From NCBI GenBank assembly GCA_965660625.1, contig CBFIAR010000002.1, forward strand, positions 12,946 to 76,945: DNA of 64,000 nucleotides, written 5' to 3'. The translations under genes and the position numbers were made by a program. Of the stretch, positions 50,507 through 61,229 are shown piece by piece; position 1 is the stretch's first letter; every line of letters begins with the position of its first letter. This stretch comes from Glaciecola sp. Lineage in GTDB: Bacteria; Pseudomonadota; Gammaproteobacteria; Enterobacterales; Alteromonadaceae. The notes under the pieces are model-generated. The model made no database searches. It saw nothing but the letters and a program-made list of their open reading frames with translations, and was not told where the DNA came from.

Positions 50507-50521
50507 AGGCACTACTTTTGC
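50507..50521 (+). promoter_or_regulatory. Sigma54 promoter of the porin gene
   Basis: AGGCAC-TACTT-TTGC with exact -24/-12 spacing, about 120 bp downstream of the NtrC site across an AT-rich spacer. Confidence 0.75.
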
Positions 50522-50677
50522 TGTATCAGTTTCATGTGGTTAATTAGCTTACTAAAGTAATAAACGCGGTATCACAGACGGAGACGCATTATCCATTTAG
50601 GGCTCAGCACACAAATAACAATAATAAGATAATAACAAAAATCGTTTTAACAACTTGGAATTATACGGAGAACTCAC

Positions 50678-51319
50678 ATGAAAACATTTAAAAGCGCAGC
50701 GATTGCTGCAACAATTTTAACGGCAACATTAGCCAGTCAATCCGCAATGGCAGGTTGGTCAGCGAATATTGGTGTAGTCTCTGATTACCACTTCAGAGGT
50801 ATCCAGCAAACAGAAACTGCATCAACGAGTGCAGGTGTTGATTATGCTGCTGACTCAGGATTTTACGTTGGTGCTTGGACCGCTGACGTCCAAGATGGAC
50901 TTGAAGTTGATATATACGGGGGCTATGGCGTCGAATTAGAGAGTGGCATTACACTTGACGCTAATTTTACAACGTATCAATACACTGGTGATTTTGACAG
51001 TGCATATAATGAAGTAGGCTTGAGTGCAGGTTACGGTTTATTTTCAGTCGGCTATATTCAAGGTAAGTGGGACGGCATCGTCGGTGATGAAGACGCAACT
51101 GAAGGTGATTACTCTCTTATCACCTTAGGCATAGAAAAAGACGGTTGGTCTGCGCTTATCGGTTCTTACGGAAAAGATTCTGACGGTGAGTATGCTGAAA
51201 TAGCATATGGCACAGAGATTGGTGGCTTCGACGTTGGTGTTGGCCTTGTTATCAGTGGTTCAGACCTTGATGACAGCGAGTCTTTGTATTTTTCGCTTAG
51301 CAAATCGTTCGAGCTATAA
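50678..51319 (+). CDS. TorF-family putative outer-membrane porin
   Basis: Signal peptide, SANIGVVSDYHFRGIQQT, GFYVGAW, EVDIYGGY and C-terminal Phe (SKSFEL). Confidence 0.85.
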   Translation: MKTFKSAAIAATILTATLASQSAMAGWSANIGVVSDYHFRGIQQTETASTSAGVDYAADSGFYVGAWTADVQDGLEVDIYGGYGVELESGITLDANFTTYQYTGDFDSAYNEVGLSAGYGLFSVGYIQGKWDGIVGDEDATEGDYSLITLGIEKDGWSALIGSYGKDSDGEYAEIAYGTEIGGFDVGVGLVISGSDLDDSESLYFSLSKSFEL

Positions 51320-51345
51320 TTTAAAAGTATAAGCTCAGATTTTTT

Positions 51346-51385
51346 AAAACCCTGCAAATCTATTGGTTTGCAGGGTTTTTTGTTT
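51346..51385 (+). terminator. Rho-independent terminator of the porin gene
   Basis: AAAACCCTGCAAA-TCTATTGG-TTTGCAGGGTTTTTT. Confidence 0.85.
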
Positions 51386-51541
51386 ATGATGTTGTGATTA
51401 AATATTGTGCATTTTGGCTTTTGCGTTATAATCTGCCTGGTTGTTTCTATGTGATGACTTAGTTTAAATGTTCGGATCAAGTTATAGCCATTATATTTTT
51501 GCAATGCACGTGAAAGAGAACTTAGCATTAAGAGTATTAAA

Positions 51542-51856
51542 TTGAGCATAAAGAGCGAATTAAACGTAAGAGCGTCGAGAAAGACGATAGTGTTCACATC
51601 GGTGTCTTCCTGTATTTGTTTCACTCTTGGTCTGTATTTTACATTTATAGCTACCCATTCCTCTCTGGGCGATTGTGACCAACGTCAATTGATAAGCAAA
51701 ACTGACGAAGTGGGTTTGGCCTCTAGCACTCAATGTGCAAACCATGGTAATGAGGTAAGCTGGTTGGCATGGGTTACGAATAAGTCGATATCAAATCAAT
51801 TTCATTTTCTTGACTTGTTGGAGTTGCTCTCTCAGGTCGACTCGGAAGAGCAATAG
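51542..51856 (+). CDS. Hypothetical membrane-anchored protein
   Basis: One TM, two Cys, SWLAWVT...QFHFLDLLELL. Abuts the next ORF. Confidence 0.65.
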   Translation: MSIKSELNVRASRKTIVFTSVSSCICFTLGLYFTFIATHSSLGDCDQRQLISKTDEVGLASSTQCANHGNEVSWLAWVTNKSISNQFHFLDLLELLSQVDSEEQ

Positions 51857-52051
51857 ATGATGATACAACGTATAAAAAAGTTGCTTCGACTAGTCAAGAG
51901 TGTGACGGCAAGTATGATGGGGGTTCAATCCCAAAAAAATTATGAAGAAGACTTCGCAGAGCAATCAGTCATTCCTTTCGTTGTTACAGGAATTATCCTA
52001 GTTATCCTATTTATTCTCAGTCTTGTCTTATTGGTTAATTTTTTGGTTTAA
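51857..52051 (+). CDS. DUF2970-like small membrane protein
   Basis: SVTASMMGVQSQKNYEEDF followed by one TM. Confidence 0.8.
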   Translation: MMIQRIKKLLRLVKSVTASMMGVQSQKNYEEDFAEQSVIPFVVTGIILVILFILSLVLLVNFLV

Positions 52052-52105
52052 CTACGACGAATAGACTCAAGCCAATAGTGATTCAAGTATGTAAAAGCTT
52101 GCATG

Positions 52106-52936
52106 TCAGGATTCTTTGTTAAATACGGCAACAAGCTCTTTCACTGGCATACGAGTATTTGCATTTTGACTGATGAACCGTCGTGCAGAAAAACTCTTCA
52201 ATTTCGCACCTTGGTACAATTGACGAGAAAGTGGCGTGTCATGATTACTAATGACGACGGTAATTGGCCGATTACGTACGGTTTCTTTCACGGTTTCCGC
52301 CAACGTTGCTTGTGCTTCTAAGTCAAAGCCATTGCTTGCATACTGGGTAAAAGATGCGGTCTTGCTAATTGGGATATAGGGTGGATCACAATAAATAACG
52401 CTGTTGTCTGGAGCCTGCTTAATCACATCGACGTAATCTAAGTTAGTAAACTCTGCGCGTGCAAAACGTGCTGCAAAATGACGAATTTCAGCTGCAGGCA
52501 TCTTTGGCTTTACATAGCGACCGAAAGGCACATTAAACCCTCCTTTGCTATTGTAGCGGCAAAGACCATTGTATCCGTGACGGTTGAGATAAACGAACAA
52601 TAGTGCTCGGCGAAATGTATCGCCACTGGCGTTAAATTCTTCTCGGCGCTGGTAGTAGAAGGCCGATTCGTTTGACTCGGACGTGAACAATGCGGCTAAG
52701 TCAGTGATGAACTGTTCTGAGGAATGTTGCACCAACGTGTACAAATTAATTAAATCGCCATTAATATCATTTAGTTGATAGCTATCATAATCTGCGTTTA
52801 AGGAAACGGAACCTGCACCGAAAAAAGGTTCAATCAGTTTTGGCGATGCTGGTAAGTGAGGGAGAATATGCTCTAACAGAGAGTATTTACCACCGGCCCA
52901 TTTCAAAAAGGCTCTTTTCTTATTATTTTTATTCAC
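52106..52936 (-). CDS. dam: DNA adenine methylase
   Basis: FLKWAGGK, EPFFGAGSV, NVPFGRY and YCDPPY motifs. Confidence 0.96.
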   Translation of the reverse strand: MNKNNKKRAFLKWAGGKYSLLEHILPHLPASPKLIEPFFGAGSVSLNADYDSYQLNDINGDLINLYTLVQHSSEQFITDLAALFTSESNESAFYYQRREEFNASGDTFRRALLFVYLNRHGYNGLCRYNSKGGFNVPFGRYVKPKMPAAEIRHFAARFARAEFTNLDYVDVIKQAPDNSVIYCDPPYIPISKTASFTQYASNGFDLEAQATLAETVKETVRNRPITVVISNHDTPLSRQLYQGAKLKSFSARRFISQNANTRMPVKELVAVFNKES

Positions 52937-52992
52937 GACTGTGATGTAAACTGCGAAGTGTTTTCAAACGTAGCACTACAGTACCATAAAAT

Positions 52993-54537
52993 TTAACGAT
53001 TTCGTATTTCTCGCTTTATTTGTGTCACGTCTTTTGCAAAGGGCTCAGTCGCACGCACTGGTTCTGGCAATAGTTCAGTCGCTTGTCGCGCGGCATTGAT
53101 TGAATCAAAACGTTGTTTATACAAAACCACATGCCACGGCCCACCGTATCTTGTCGTTTGATAAACCCAAACGATATCTTGCAAATCGTTGCCGACGATA
53201 AATTCATTCAGTACCGTTCTATTTTTAAGACCCGAAAGTTGAATCAACACAGCGGGTTCTTGCAGTGCTAGCAAGGCCGATTCATCAAATTCATAAAGCG
53301 GTTTTTTTATTTGCTCAGCAGTAATTTCATAGTCTCTTTGCTCTTGCAGGGTAGGAGAAACCGGTGCCCTTAGCGCGACTACCGAGCCGCGTTTTTTAGG
53401 GATAATATTTTCAGGAACTGTGCTTTCAGAAACTAATTCCCTGTCTTGTGAGGGAGATAATACCTGCTTGCCTAAGTTTGCATCTAATTGCGCCACGTTA
53501 AGAATGTCTGGAACGGCAAAATCACCCTCAGTGTCTTCTAAGAAAAGATCAGAATTTGGTGTCTGAGTGTTTCGTATGGGGTCGTCAAGGTTCACTGTTG
53601 CTAACGCATCTTCTTCGCGCGCTTGTTTTTGTTCATCAATCGTTATTTTGAGGGCGTCAATCTTGTTGTCGCTAGTTTGCTTGGCCTCATCCCACGAACT
53701 TACTAATTCAAGATCGTTTTGAGTTGTCTCCTCGAGTGGAGCTTCAGTAGCTATGATTGCTTCTCGTTCAATTTCTAGTTGCTCGTTTTGCATCGCTAAC
53801 GGGACGGTGTTGATGTCTGTTTCCGGCGGCAGCGAACCTGTCTGCATTAGCGATTTAACATGCTCAGGATACTGCCAACTCATCAGTACAATAAAAACAG
53901 ATAAGAGCAGAACCAATATACTCATGATAAACCATTTTTGCGTCACAATCGGTGACGAAAACTCGTCCCTGCGAAACATATCGAGAGAAAAGATGGCCCT
54001 TTCTTCGGCCATCAAGTTTTCTAAAGCATTGACATCAAACTTTGTTGAATCAACAGATTGAGACGACAATAGCACGGGACGACTACTGTTTCTTTTCGGA
54101 AGCCACTTTTTCGCCTTTTCTGCCCATGCCGTTTCACCAAAAAGTATCACGTTAACGTGGTGATTTGGGGACAGTTTTTTACTCTCTGAAACCCAATCCC
54201 ACAGCTCTTGTATGAACGGATTGGGAAGCGTTTGCGCCTGTTTAATGCACAACAAAAATGGACCGGGCTGCTCGTGTAAATCTTTAAGAAGTTCTTTTAA
54301 AGGACGTACAAAACTACCGATTTTCTGACCTAAAAGTTGACGACAAATAATACGCCGAAAATCAGGTGATTCCATAGTGAGTTCGGATGTGAAGTAGGAT
54401 ATCTCGGTGTTTTCTTTTTGTACCGATAAGAACTCTTCGAGGGCTCGTTGTTGCTGAGCAATACTATCCCCACTCACGAATATTAGCTGAGATGAATAAT
54501 TAACTAAGTGTTTTAATCGTTCCTGTAATTCTGACAA
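52993..54537 (-). CDS. damX: DamX-like protein (degenerate AAA N-terminus, TM, C-terminal SPOR domain)
   Basis: Located between aroB and dam; C-terminal IQL...VYQTTRYGGPWHVVL...AR.A...LP SPOR pattern. Confidence 0.8.
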   Translation of the reverse strand: MSELQERLKHLVNYSSQLIFVSGDSIAQQQRALEEFLSVQKENTEISYFTSELTMESPDFRRIICRQLLGQKIGSFVRPLKELLKDLHEQPGPFLLCIKQAQTLPNPFIQELWDWVSESKKLSPNHHVNVILFGETAWAEKAKKWLPKRNSSRPVLLSSQSVDSTKFDVNALENLMAEERAIFSLDMFRRDEFSSPIVTQKWFIMSILVLLLSVFIVLMSWQYPEHVKSLMQTGSLPPETDINTVPLAMQNEQLEIEREAIIATEAPLEETTQNDLELVSSWDEAKQTSDNKIDALKITIDEQKQAREEDALATVNLDDPIRNTQTPNSDLFLEDTEGDFAVPDILNVAQLDANLGKQVLSPSQDRELVSESTVPENIIPKKRGSVVALRAPVSPTLQEQRDYEITAEQIKKPLYEFDESALLALQEPAVLIQLSGLKNRTVLNEFIVGNDLQDIVWVYQTTRYGGPWHVVLYKQRFDSINAARQATELLPEPVRATEPFAKDVTQIKREIRNR

Positions 54538-54599
54538 ACAGCCATGTCCTTTTCAATTACTTTTCAATTTCGCCCTACAAATTTTTACGTCAGTTTGGG

Positions 54600-55673
54600 T
54601 TAGTTCAATATCGCACTTAGCTCGTCATTTGTTACATCATCTATTACTTTAGCTTTCCCGATAGAGGTAGGAACGATGAAGCGCATTTTACCAGACAGTA
54701 CTTTCTTATCGTGCTGCATATGCTGAATATAATGCTTTGTAGACATATCTAAAGGCCCCGAAATAGGTAAGTTAAACACCTCCAGCAAGTTTTCGATACG
54801 TCTAAATTCTGACCCGCTTATCCAATTTCTTAGCATTGCTAATCTCGCAGCAAGTACCATGCCAGCGGCAACGGCTTCACCATGTAACCAAACGCCATAA
54901 CCTTTTTCGGCCTCTATTGCATGACCAAATGTGTGGCCAAGATTCAATAGCGCTCTGACGCCATGCTCCTTCTCATCCAAATTCACTACTTCGGCTTTTA
55001 TCGCGCAACATGTTGCAATAACGTAACGCAGCGCGTCGGCATCCCGGTTTTTAATAATGCTGCTTTGCTTTTCAATCCAATGAAAGAAGTCACCATCGTA
55101 CATGATTCCATATTTGATGACCTCAGCCATGCCTGCACAGAATTCTCTTTCGGGCAAAGTGGATAAGGAGTTTGTATCGATGAAAACCGCTTTTGGTTGA
55201 TAAAAAGCGCCAATCATATTCTTGCCAAGCGGATGGTTAACTGCTGTTTTTCCGCCAACTGACGAATCAACTTGCGATAGCAGTGTTGTAGGTACCTGAA
55301 TAAATGGGATACCACGTTGATAGCATGCTGCAGCAAACCCGCCCATGTCACCAATAACACCACCCCCTAATGCAATCAAAGTAGTGTCTCTCGCAGCCCT
55401 GTTTTCCAGCAGCTGTGTCAGTACAATATTAAAGTATTCGATTGTTTTGTATTGTTCACCGTCAGGCAGGATGATGTCAAAAGTGCTGATGCCCGCTTCG
55501 CTTAGCGGTTTTTTGATGCTATTTAAAAACAGCGGAGCAACCGTTTCATTGGTGACAATGGCGCATTGTTTACCTTGAATAGCAGAAAGCAAAAAACCGG
55601 CTTGATTAAACAATCCGGTTTCGATGTAGATTGGGTAGCTACGCTCTCCCAAATCAACGTTTAATGTGGGCAT
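54600..55673 (-). CDS. aroB: 3-dehydroquinate synthase
   Basis: [33 protein letters not shown] and [12 protein letters not shown] motifs. Confidence 0.97.
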   Translation of the reverse strand: MPTLNVDLGERSYPIYIETGLFNQAGFLLSAIQGKQCAIVTNETVAPLFLNSIKKPLSEAGISTFDIILPDGEQYKTIEYFNIVLTQLLENRAARDTTLIALGGGVIGDMGGFAAACYQRGIPFIQVPTTLLSQVDSSVGGKTAVNHPLGKNMIGAFYQPKAVFIDTNSLSTLPEREFCAGMAEVIKYGIMYDGDFFHWIEKQSSIIKNRDADALRYVIATCCAIKAEVVNLDEKEHGVRALLNLGHTFGHAIEAEKGYGVWLHGEAVAAGMVLAARLAMLRNWISGSEFRRIENLLEVFNLPISGPLDMSTKHYIQHMQHDKKVLSGKMRFIVPTSIGKAKVIDDVTNDELSAILN

Positions 55674-55713
55674 CGCGTGATATCCTTTCTAAAAAATCCT
55701 AAAAATTAGGCCA

Positions 55714-56229
55714 TTACAAACCGATTTTGCCGATAATTTGGTTTGCTACAGCACGTGCGCTTTGATCGTCAGTTTCAACCACGTAATCCGCTACTTCTGC
55801 GTACAAAGGATTGCGTTCGTCAGCCAAATCCCTCAAAACCTGCTCTGGGTCATCATTCTGCAGCAGAGGGCGACGCTTATCACGTTGTGTTCTCGCAACT
55901 TGCTTATCGATAGTAGTTTGAAGGTATACAACAATCCCGCGTGCTGAAAGTCTATTTCGTACATTTTTCGATACAATAGAGCCACCGCCTGTTGCTAATA
56001 CGATACCTTGCTTATCGGTAAGATCGTTAATAATGTCTTCTTCGCGCTTACGAAATCCGTCCTCACCTTCAAGATCAAAAATCCAAGCAATATCGGCGCC
56101 TGTGCGCTTCTCTATTTCTTGATCAGAATCGTAAAAATCGAGGTGGAGTTCGTCTGCAAGATGCCTACCGATAGTGCTCTTTCCTGCTCCCATTGGGCCA
56201 ACAAGAAATATATTACGTTTTTCAGCCAT
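55714..56229 (-). CDS. aroK: Shikimate kinase I
   Basis: [23 protein letters not shown] and RPLL motifs. Confidence 0.97.
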   Translation of the reverse strand: MAEKRNIFLVGPMGAGKSTIGRHLADELHLDFYDSDQEIEKRTGADIAWIFDLEGEDGFRKREEDIINDLTDKQGIVLATGGGSIVSKNVRNRLSARGIVVYLQTTIDKQVARTQRDKRRPLLQNDDPEQVLRDLADERNPLYAEVADYVVETDDQSARAVANQIIGKIGL

Positions 56230-56376
56230 GTCTGATTAATTCACATTCTTTATCTATGATTGAAGTCGGCTTGGTGTGTTCTTATCAACCAACTTTAACT
56301 ACCACATTAACGCATTTTTGAATTTTTTAGCGTCGATGCGAGCGAATAATTTCCTCATTGGAAAATCTATGCTGGG

Positions 56377-56406
56377 ATTATCTCAATTAACTAGCCTGAT
56401 ATGCAA
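56377..56406 (-). promoter_or_regulatory. Probable sigma70 promoter for aroK-aroB-damX-dam
   Basis: Minus strand TTGCAT-N18-GATAAT with a TG extended -10 element. Confidence 0.45.
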
Positions 56407-56527
56407 GCATTCTTATTCAAGGACAATGTAAAATACTGTGATTTAGAACTGCAAAAGAGCAAAGGCTATGCCTTCACTCTTTTTACGAGCTCACGATATT
56501 AGTGTAATTACGCGAATAAATCAGCAA

Positions 56528-58294
56528 TTAAAAGCCTTCTTCTATAATTTTTGGCGTTACAAATATAAGTAACTCACGTTTTTGTTCAATGGTTGAGGTT
56601 GTTTTAAACAAATTACCGAAATAAGGAATATCACCTAAAAGTGGTACTTTAGTTACGTCGTTGGTACTCACTTGTTGGAATATTCCACCAAGAACGATTG
56701 TTTCGCCATTTTCTACCAATACTTGGGTGCTAATTTCTTGTGTATCAATAGCAACTGCTGGACCAGTTGATGTAGAAACGGTATCACCTCGCGTATCTTG
56801 GGTAACAACGAGGTTTAATATGATTCTATTGTCAGGTGTGATGTGCGGGGTTACTTTCAGGCTCAATACTGCTTTTTTGAATTCTACTGACGTTGCGCCG
56901 CTAGATGTTGCTTGAACGAATGGAATTTCCGTTCCTTGTTCAATATACGCTTCTTGCTGGTTAGCAACAGTAATACGCGGACTAGCGATAATTTCACCTT
57001 TATTTTCTGCTTCGAGCGCACTTAACTCAAGGTCTAGGATATTACCGTCTAATAAATTTGCTATCTGAAAGCCAATGCTGCCGGCGGCACTGGATACAGG
57101 TAAGTTAACGTTAAGTCTATCGCCAATATCAGGGACTACGCCTTGGCCAGCAGTATCTGCGCCGATAATGGATCCAGAAACTGAATTGTTGTCGCCAGTT
57201 CCGGTAAAGCCCCAGCGCACACCGAATTGCTCGTCTACGTTGTCACGAACAGTGACCATACGAGACTCTATGAGTACTTGCTTTACTGGAATGTCTAGTG
57301 CAGTTATTACGCGTCTTGCTTCATCAATACTTTCTTGAGTATCGCGAATCAATATGGTGTTTGTGCGGCTATCAACGGTTACATTGCCGCGAGTAGAAAG
57401 GATGCCGCCATCACTTGTTTTGAGGATAATGGCAATCTCGTCTGCTTTAGCGTAGTTGATTTCAATATTTGCTGATTTCAGTTCTGCAAGGTTCTGTACT
57501 TGTTGCTTAGATTGCAGCTGCTGGGTTTCACGAGCAGTTAATTCTTCGGTTGGTGCGATAAGCAAAATATTACCTTCCAAACGCTTATCTAGTCCTCTAA
57601 TTTTTAGAATCATATCCAGCGCTTGGTCCCAAGGAACACCAGATAAACTTATTGTGACATTACCGTTTACTGTGTCAGTCGTTACCAGATTGAAACCATT
57701 AACCTGAGCAATAATTTGCAACACTTGACGCACAGGCACATCTTGAAAATCCAGAGAAATAGGCTTGCCTGCATAAGTCGTATTCTTAGATTGTTCAACT
57801 TCTTCTTTGCTTAGCGGTGTTACCGCAAGTGTAACAATACTACCAACGTCCATTTTTTGAATTTTTACTAGGCCAGTATAGCGAACTTCAACTTTTGTTT
57901 TGTTGTTATCTTGAAAAGTTTCGATGCTTTGCACTGCTGTACCAAATTGACTCACGTCAACTTCGACATATTGATCCTCTGCTAACACGGTTTCTTTCAT
58001 TGTTAGCGTAACAAGCCCTTTCGCTTCTACAATAGTGACAGAAGGAACATTGCCTTCAAAACCGAGCAGTACATTGCCGGTTTTCGCAGAGCGATTAAAA
58101 TCTATGCTATTCAATGTGCTTGAGCCTCCTAGGCTAGCTTCGCCCTGCGGGTCGACTAAATCGATCAGATTTCCTGGCTCTTGTGCAACAGCACCCAAGC
58201 TGACAATGGCTAGAACGAACGCAATAATTAAGGCCCAGTGAGGTCTATTGCTGTTTAAGCGTTTGTTAAAAATATATTTATTAGACATTATCAT
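56528..58294 (-). CDS. pilQ: Type IV pilus secretin
   Basis: ISLDFQDVPVRQVLQ, VPWDQALD, QVLIESR and VPLLGDIP...ELLIFVTPKI motifs. Confidence 0.96.
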   Translation of the reverse strand: MIMSNKYIFNKRLNSNRPHWALIIAFVLAIVSLGAVAQEPGNLIDLVDPQGEASLGGSSTLNSIDFNRSAKTGNVLLGFEGNVPSVTIVEAKGLVTLTMKETVLAEDQYVEVDVSQFGTAVQSIETFQDNNKTKVEVRYTGLVKIQKMDVGSIVTLAVTPLSKEEVEQSKNTTYAGKPISLDFQDVPVRQVLQIIAQVNGFNLVTTDTVNGNVTISLSGVPWDQALDMILKIRGLDKRLEGNILLIAPTEELTARETQQLQSKQQVQNLAELKSANIEINYAKADEIAIILKTSDGGILSTRGNVTVDSRTNTILIRDTQESIDEARRVITALDIPVKQVLIESRMVTVRDNVDEQFGVRWGFTGTGDNNSVSGSIIGADTAGQGVVPDIGDRLNVNLPVSSAAGSIGFQIANLLDGNILDLELSALEAENKGEIIASPRITVANQQEAYIEQGTEIPFVQATSSGATSVEFKKAVLSLKVTPHITPDNRIILNLVVTQDTRGDTVSTSTGPAVAIDTQEISTQVLVENGETIVLGGIFQQVSTNDVTKVPLLGDIPYFGNLFKTTSTIEQKRELLIFVTPKIIEEGF

Positions 58295-58835
58295 TTTCCC
58301 CAGCTACTGATGACATGGTTAATGTGGCGGTTTTGGCTTTCCAACAACCAGCTCCGTCAGGTAACATTTCTTCAATAACCACTTCTTTATCCGTTATGTT
58401 AATAATTTTGCCGAAAAATAGGCCGATGTATTGACCTATTTTCGCCTTATGTAAACTGCCATCGTTGGCTTTGATAAGAACCCATTTTTGACCACCAGTG
58501 TCAAAGACACCTGCCATCTGAAGTGCATCGATACCGTAAGATTCTAATTTGTCTCTCTCACGTTGACGATTCGGTTGACTGCAGTTAGCGGTTTGTACCA
58601 ACACGTTTGTTGCTGCTTCGTTTCTTTGCTGTAACCTTTGAAAAGGACTGCGCATATTGCTCGCCGTATAGTTAACAGGTTGCAATTGTTTAAATTCCGG
58701 ATACTCATCAATATTGATGCTAGTGTTTGCTTTGACGCTAGCGGTGTATGCAATTAAATCATCAATTTGTGCACTGCAAGCGGACAAACCAACACAGGCA
58801 GCAAGGATAAGATAGTTATTCGACCTATTTATCAT
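58281..58835 (-). CDS. pilP: Type IV pilus assembly lipoprotein
   Basis: Lipobox LSAC, RSPF, LESYGIDAL.M.G and G.YIG.FFG.I motifs. Confidence 0.93.
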   Translation of the reverse strand: MINRSNNYLILAACVGLSACSAQIDDLIAYTASVKANTSINIDEYPEFKQLQPVNYTASNMRSPFQRLQQRNEAATNVLVQTANCSQPNRQRERDKLESYGIDALQMAGVFDTGGQKWVLIKANDGSLHKAKIGQYIGLFFGKIINITDKEVVIEEMLPDGAGCWKAKTATLTMSSVAGENDNV

Positions 58836-59452
58836 TATTTTTGCTCCTCAGGTGCTATATCAGCCTGAGTAATCGCAGCACGATAAGTTTTTGCCTGCAT
58901 CTTTAAATTAAGCACCCCTTTGTTACTTGTAATATCAAAGTCATGTAGCGTTACGATCCTTGGCAGATTGGCGATGTTAGACGTAAATAAGCCGAATTCA
59001 TGATAACTTCCAGAAACTTCGAGTTGTATAGGTAACTCAGTATAAAATTCTTTCGGATTTTCTTGCTGCCAATTAAGTAATTTGAATGACAAGCCTGCAT
59101 CAGTGCCAACATAAGTAATATCGTCCAATAATCCTGGTGTTTCATTACTCGTTGGCAAGGTTTTTAACATGGATGAGAAATCATTTTTCATTCTTACAAG
59201 CTGCTTTTCATAAACATCTAAATTCACTGCAATCCGATACTTCGATTCAAAGGTTGTTCTAAGCTCCGTTTCTTTGTTTTTAGAAGCGTCTAGTTGGGGT
59301 AACTTGCCGCTAATGATGGCGTAATAACAAATAGCACCGACGACCACCACGCAAAAGATCGCAACTACCGTTTTTATTTCTTTCGGCCAAATGGCAACTT
59401 GTTCAAAATCGAGGTCGTTTATTTCTTTTAATTTAGAAAAATCAAAGGCCAT
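58835..59452 (-). CDS. pilO: Type IV pilus assembly protein
   Basis: LPTSNETPGLLDDI and FYTELPI...GSYHEFG...LPRIVTLHDF motifs. Confidence 0.94.
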   Translation of the reverse strand: MAFDFSKLKEINDLDFEQVAIWPKEIKTVVAIFCVVVVGAICYYAIISGKLPQLDASKNKETELRTTFESKYRIAVNLDVYEKQLVRMKNDFSSMLKTLPTSNETPGLLDDITYVGTDAGLSFKLLNWQQENPKEFYTELPIQLEVSGSYHEFGLFTSNIANLPRIVTLHDFDITSNKGVLNLKMQAKTYRAAITQADIAPEEQK

Positions 59453-60039
59453 TATCGATTCCCCTCTTTATTCGTTTGAACATTTTGAACCGGAGCAACT
59501 TTCTGCGTAATCGAGAATGTTAATTTAAAATCACTCACTGCATTCGAAGTGCTTACATCCGCAGTAATTGAGGATAATATACCACTAGTAAATACCTCTG
59601 ATTGCTCCAAATTTCGCATGAATGAAGACAAGCGATTGTTCGATTCGCTTATACCTACAATTTCAATTAGGTTGCCATTACGAGACAATTTTTCAAATGA
59701 AACACCTGCAGGTACAATTCGTGCTAATTCGTCAAACACGATTGGTGATACGTTCTTGCTCACTTGCAGTTGCTCTATAAGCGCCATGCGTTGAGCGATT
59801 TCAGCTTTTGATTTGCGGATGTCTCTAATACGCTCAATTTGCGTATCCAACACGCTAATCTGCTGTGTAAGATAGTTGTTTCTTGAGTTCTGATTACGAA
59901 TTTGCTGTTCGATAACTTCGCCGAGTACCCAAAATAAAGCTAACACAAGAATCGAGATAACCACTAATGAAGCAATATACTGTTTCTTATTGCGCTGGCG
60001 CTGCGCTTCACGCCACGGAAGTAAGTTTACATGTGCCAT
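59452..60039 (-). CDS. pilN: Type IV pilus assembly protein
   Basis: INLLPW-type motif (VNLLPWRE), TM, SNNRLSSFMRNL. Confidence 0.94.
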   Translation of the reverse strand: MAHVNLLPWREAQRQRNKKQYIASLVVISILVLALFWVLGEVIEQQIRNQNSRNNYLTQQISVLDTQIERIRDIRKSKAEIAQRMALIEQLQVSKNVSPIVFDELARIVPAGVSFEKLSRNGNLIEIVGISESNNRLSSFMRNLEQSEVFTSGILSSITADVSTSNAVSDFKLTFSITQKVAPVQNVQTNKEGNR

Positions 60040-61091
60040 TGCGAGTAACTCCTACTTGCTAAGCCCATGGCAATCGCCAATTGCGCAGCAAATTTTTTCA
60101 GTCTATCAGCGTCAACGTTTGCAGCGATGGACAAATTTAAGAACGGGTTAAATGCTTCAACTTCAATCCCGAGGTCTTTGGCTAATTCCTCAATGACCAT
60201 TGGCAATGAACCAGCGCCGCCGGATATTAAAATTTTGTCAGGTTGCTCCTTGTGGGTTGTTGACGCATACATTTGCAATGCGCGTTGAATTTGTTGCTGT
60301 AGTGCCGATAAAAACATGGGGAGTGTATCTTTAAACCAAGATTCAGGCGCAGAACCGTCTGCAATTTGATTCTCAACCTCTTGAATGTCTAGCGAATGAA
60401 TAACTGCTAAATCCTGTATAAATTTATGCATACCGAAGTTGTGTTCTTTACTATAGATAACTTCACCGTCTTCAACAAAACATACTTGGAGCAAACTCGC
60501 CCCGATATTAATGCAGCAAGTTGGTTTGTCTTTCTGGTGAGTAGCAAAGTGTATCAGGGCATTACCCAGTGCATACCCTTCGATGTCCATGACGACGGGC
60601 TCGAAAGGCGCTTCTCTCACTAAAGTAATCCGGCTATCAATCATGTCTTTATGAGCAGCACTCAGTAATACTTCAACTTTTCCGCCATGGGTTTTACTTT
60701 CCCCCAATTCTTCAAAGTCTAAGTAAACCTCTTCTAGGGGATACGGAATTAAGCTATCGGCTTCGATTTCAATTTGGCTTTCCAGTTCGAAATCACTTTG
60801 ATTCGGCTCCATAAATACCACTTTACTTAAGACGGACGCGCCGGCAACAGCTATCGCGACATTTTTGTTTTTGATCTTCAAATTATGCTTCACCTTAGCT
60901 AAGGCTTTGCTCACAGCGTCAAAATCTTTTATGTCACGTTCATTAAATGCACTACCAATAATAGGTTCGCAAGCGAAAGCATTTACTTTGGCGACAGAAC
61001 CGCTAATATCTAAGCATACGGCCTTGACGTATTTAGTTCCGATGTCTAGCCCAATAATGCTTTGGGCTTTTTTCTTAAAAAGCTGTTTCAT
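60027..61091 (-). CDS. pilM: Type IV pilus assembly ATPase-like protein
   Basis: IGLDIGT, IPYPLEEVYLDF, INIGA and ISGGAG actin-like motifs. Confidence 0.94.
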   Translation of the reverse strand: MKQLFKKKAQSIIGLDIGTKYVKAVCLDISGSVAKVNAFACEPIIGSAFNERDIKDFDAVSKALAKVKHNLKIKNKNVAIAVAGASVLSKVVFMEPNQSDFELESQIEIEADSLIPYPLEEVYLDFEELGESKTHGGKVEVLLSAAHKDMIDSRITLVREAPFEPVVMDIEGYALGNALIHFATHQKDKPTCCINIGASLLQVCFVEDGEVIYSKEHNFGMHKFIQDLAVIHSLDIQEVENQIADGSAPESWFKDTLPMFLSALQQQIQRALQMYASTTHKEQPDKILISGGAGSLPMVIEELAKDLGIEVEAFNPFLNLSIAANVDADRLKKFAAQLAIAMGLASRSYSQWHM

Positions 61092-61229
61092 TCAATAGTA
61101 GCTCTGTCATAGTTCTAGTATCATGGGCTCAGATAATACTGATTTTTAAAAACTGTATGCATCTGTTAACGACACCTAAGTATAAAAATTGAGTAATTAA
61201 ACCGAATAATTAAAAGCGAAAACAGTTCA

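Noticed and set aside
51166-51624. 152-aa minus-strand ORF
   Set aside because: It overlaps the porin, its terminator and the next gene on the opposite strand; composition is not protein-like.
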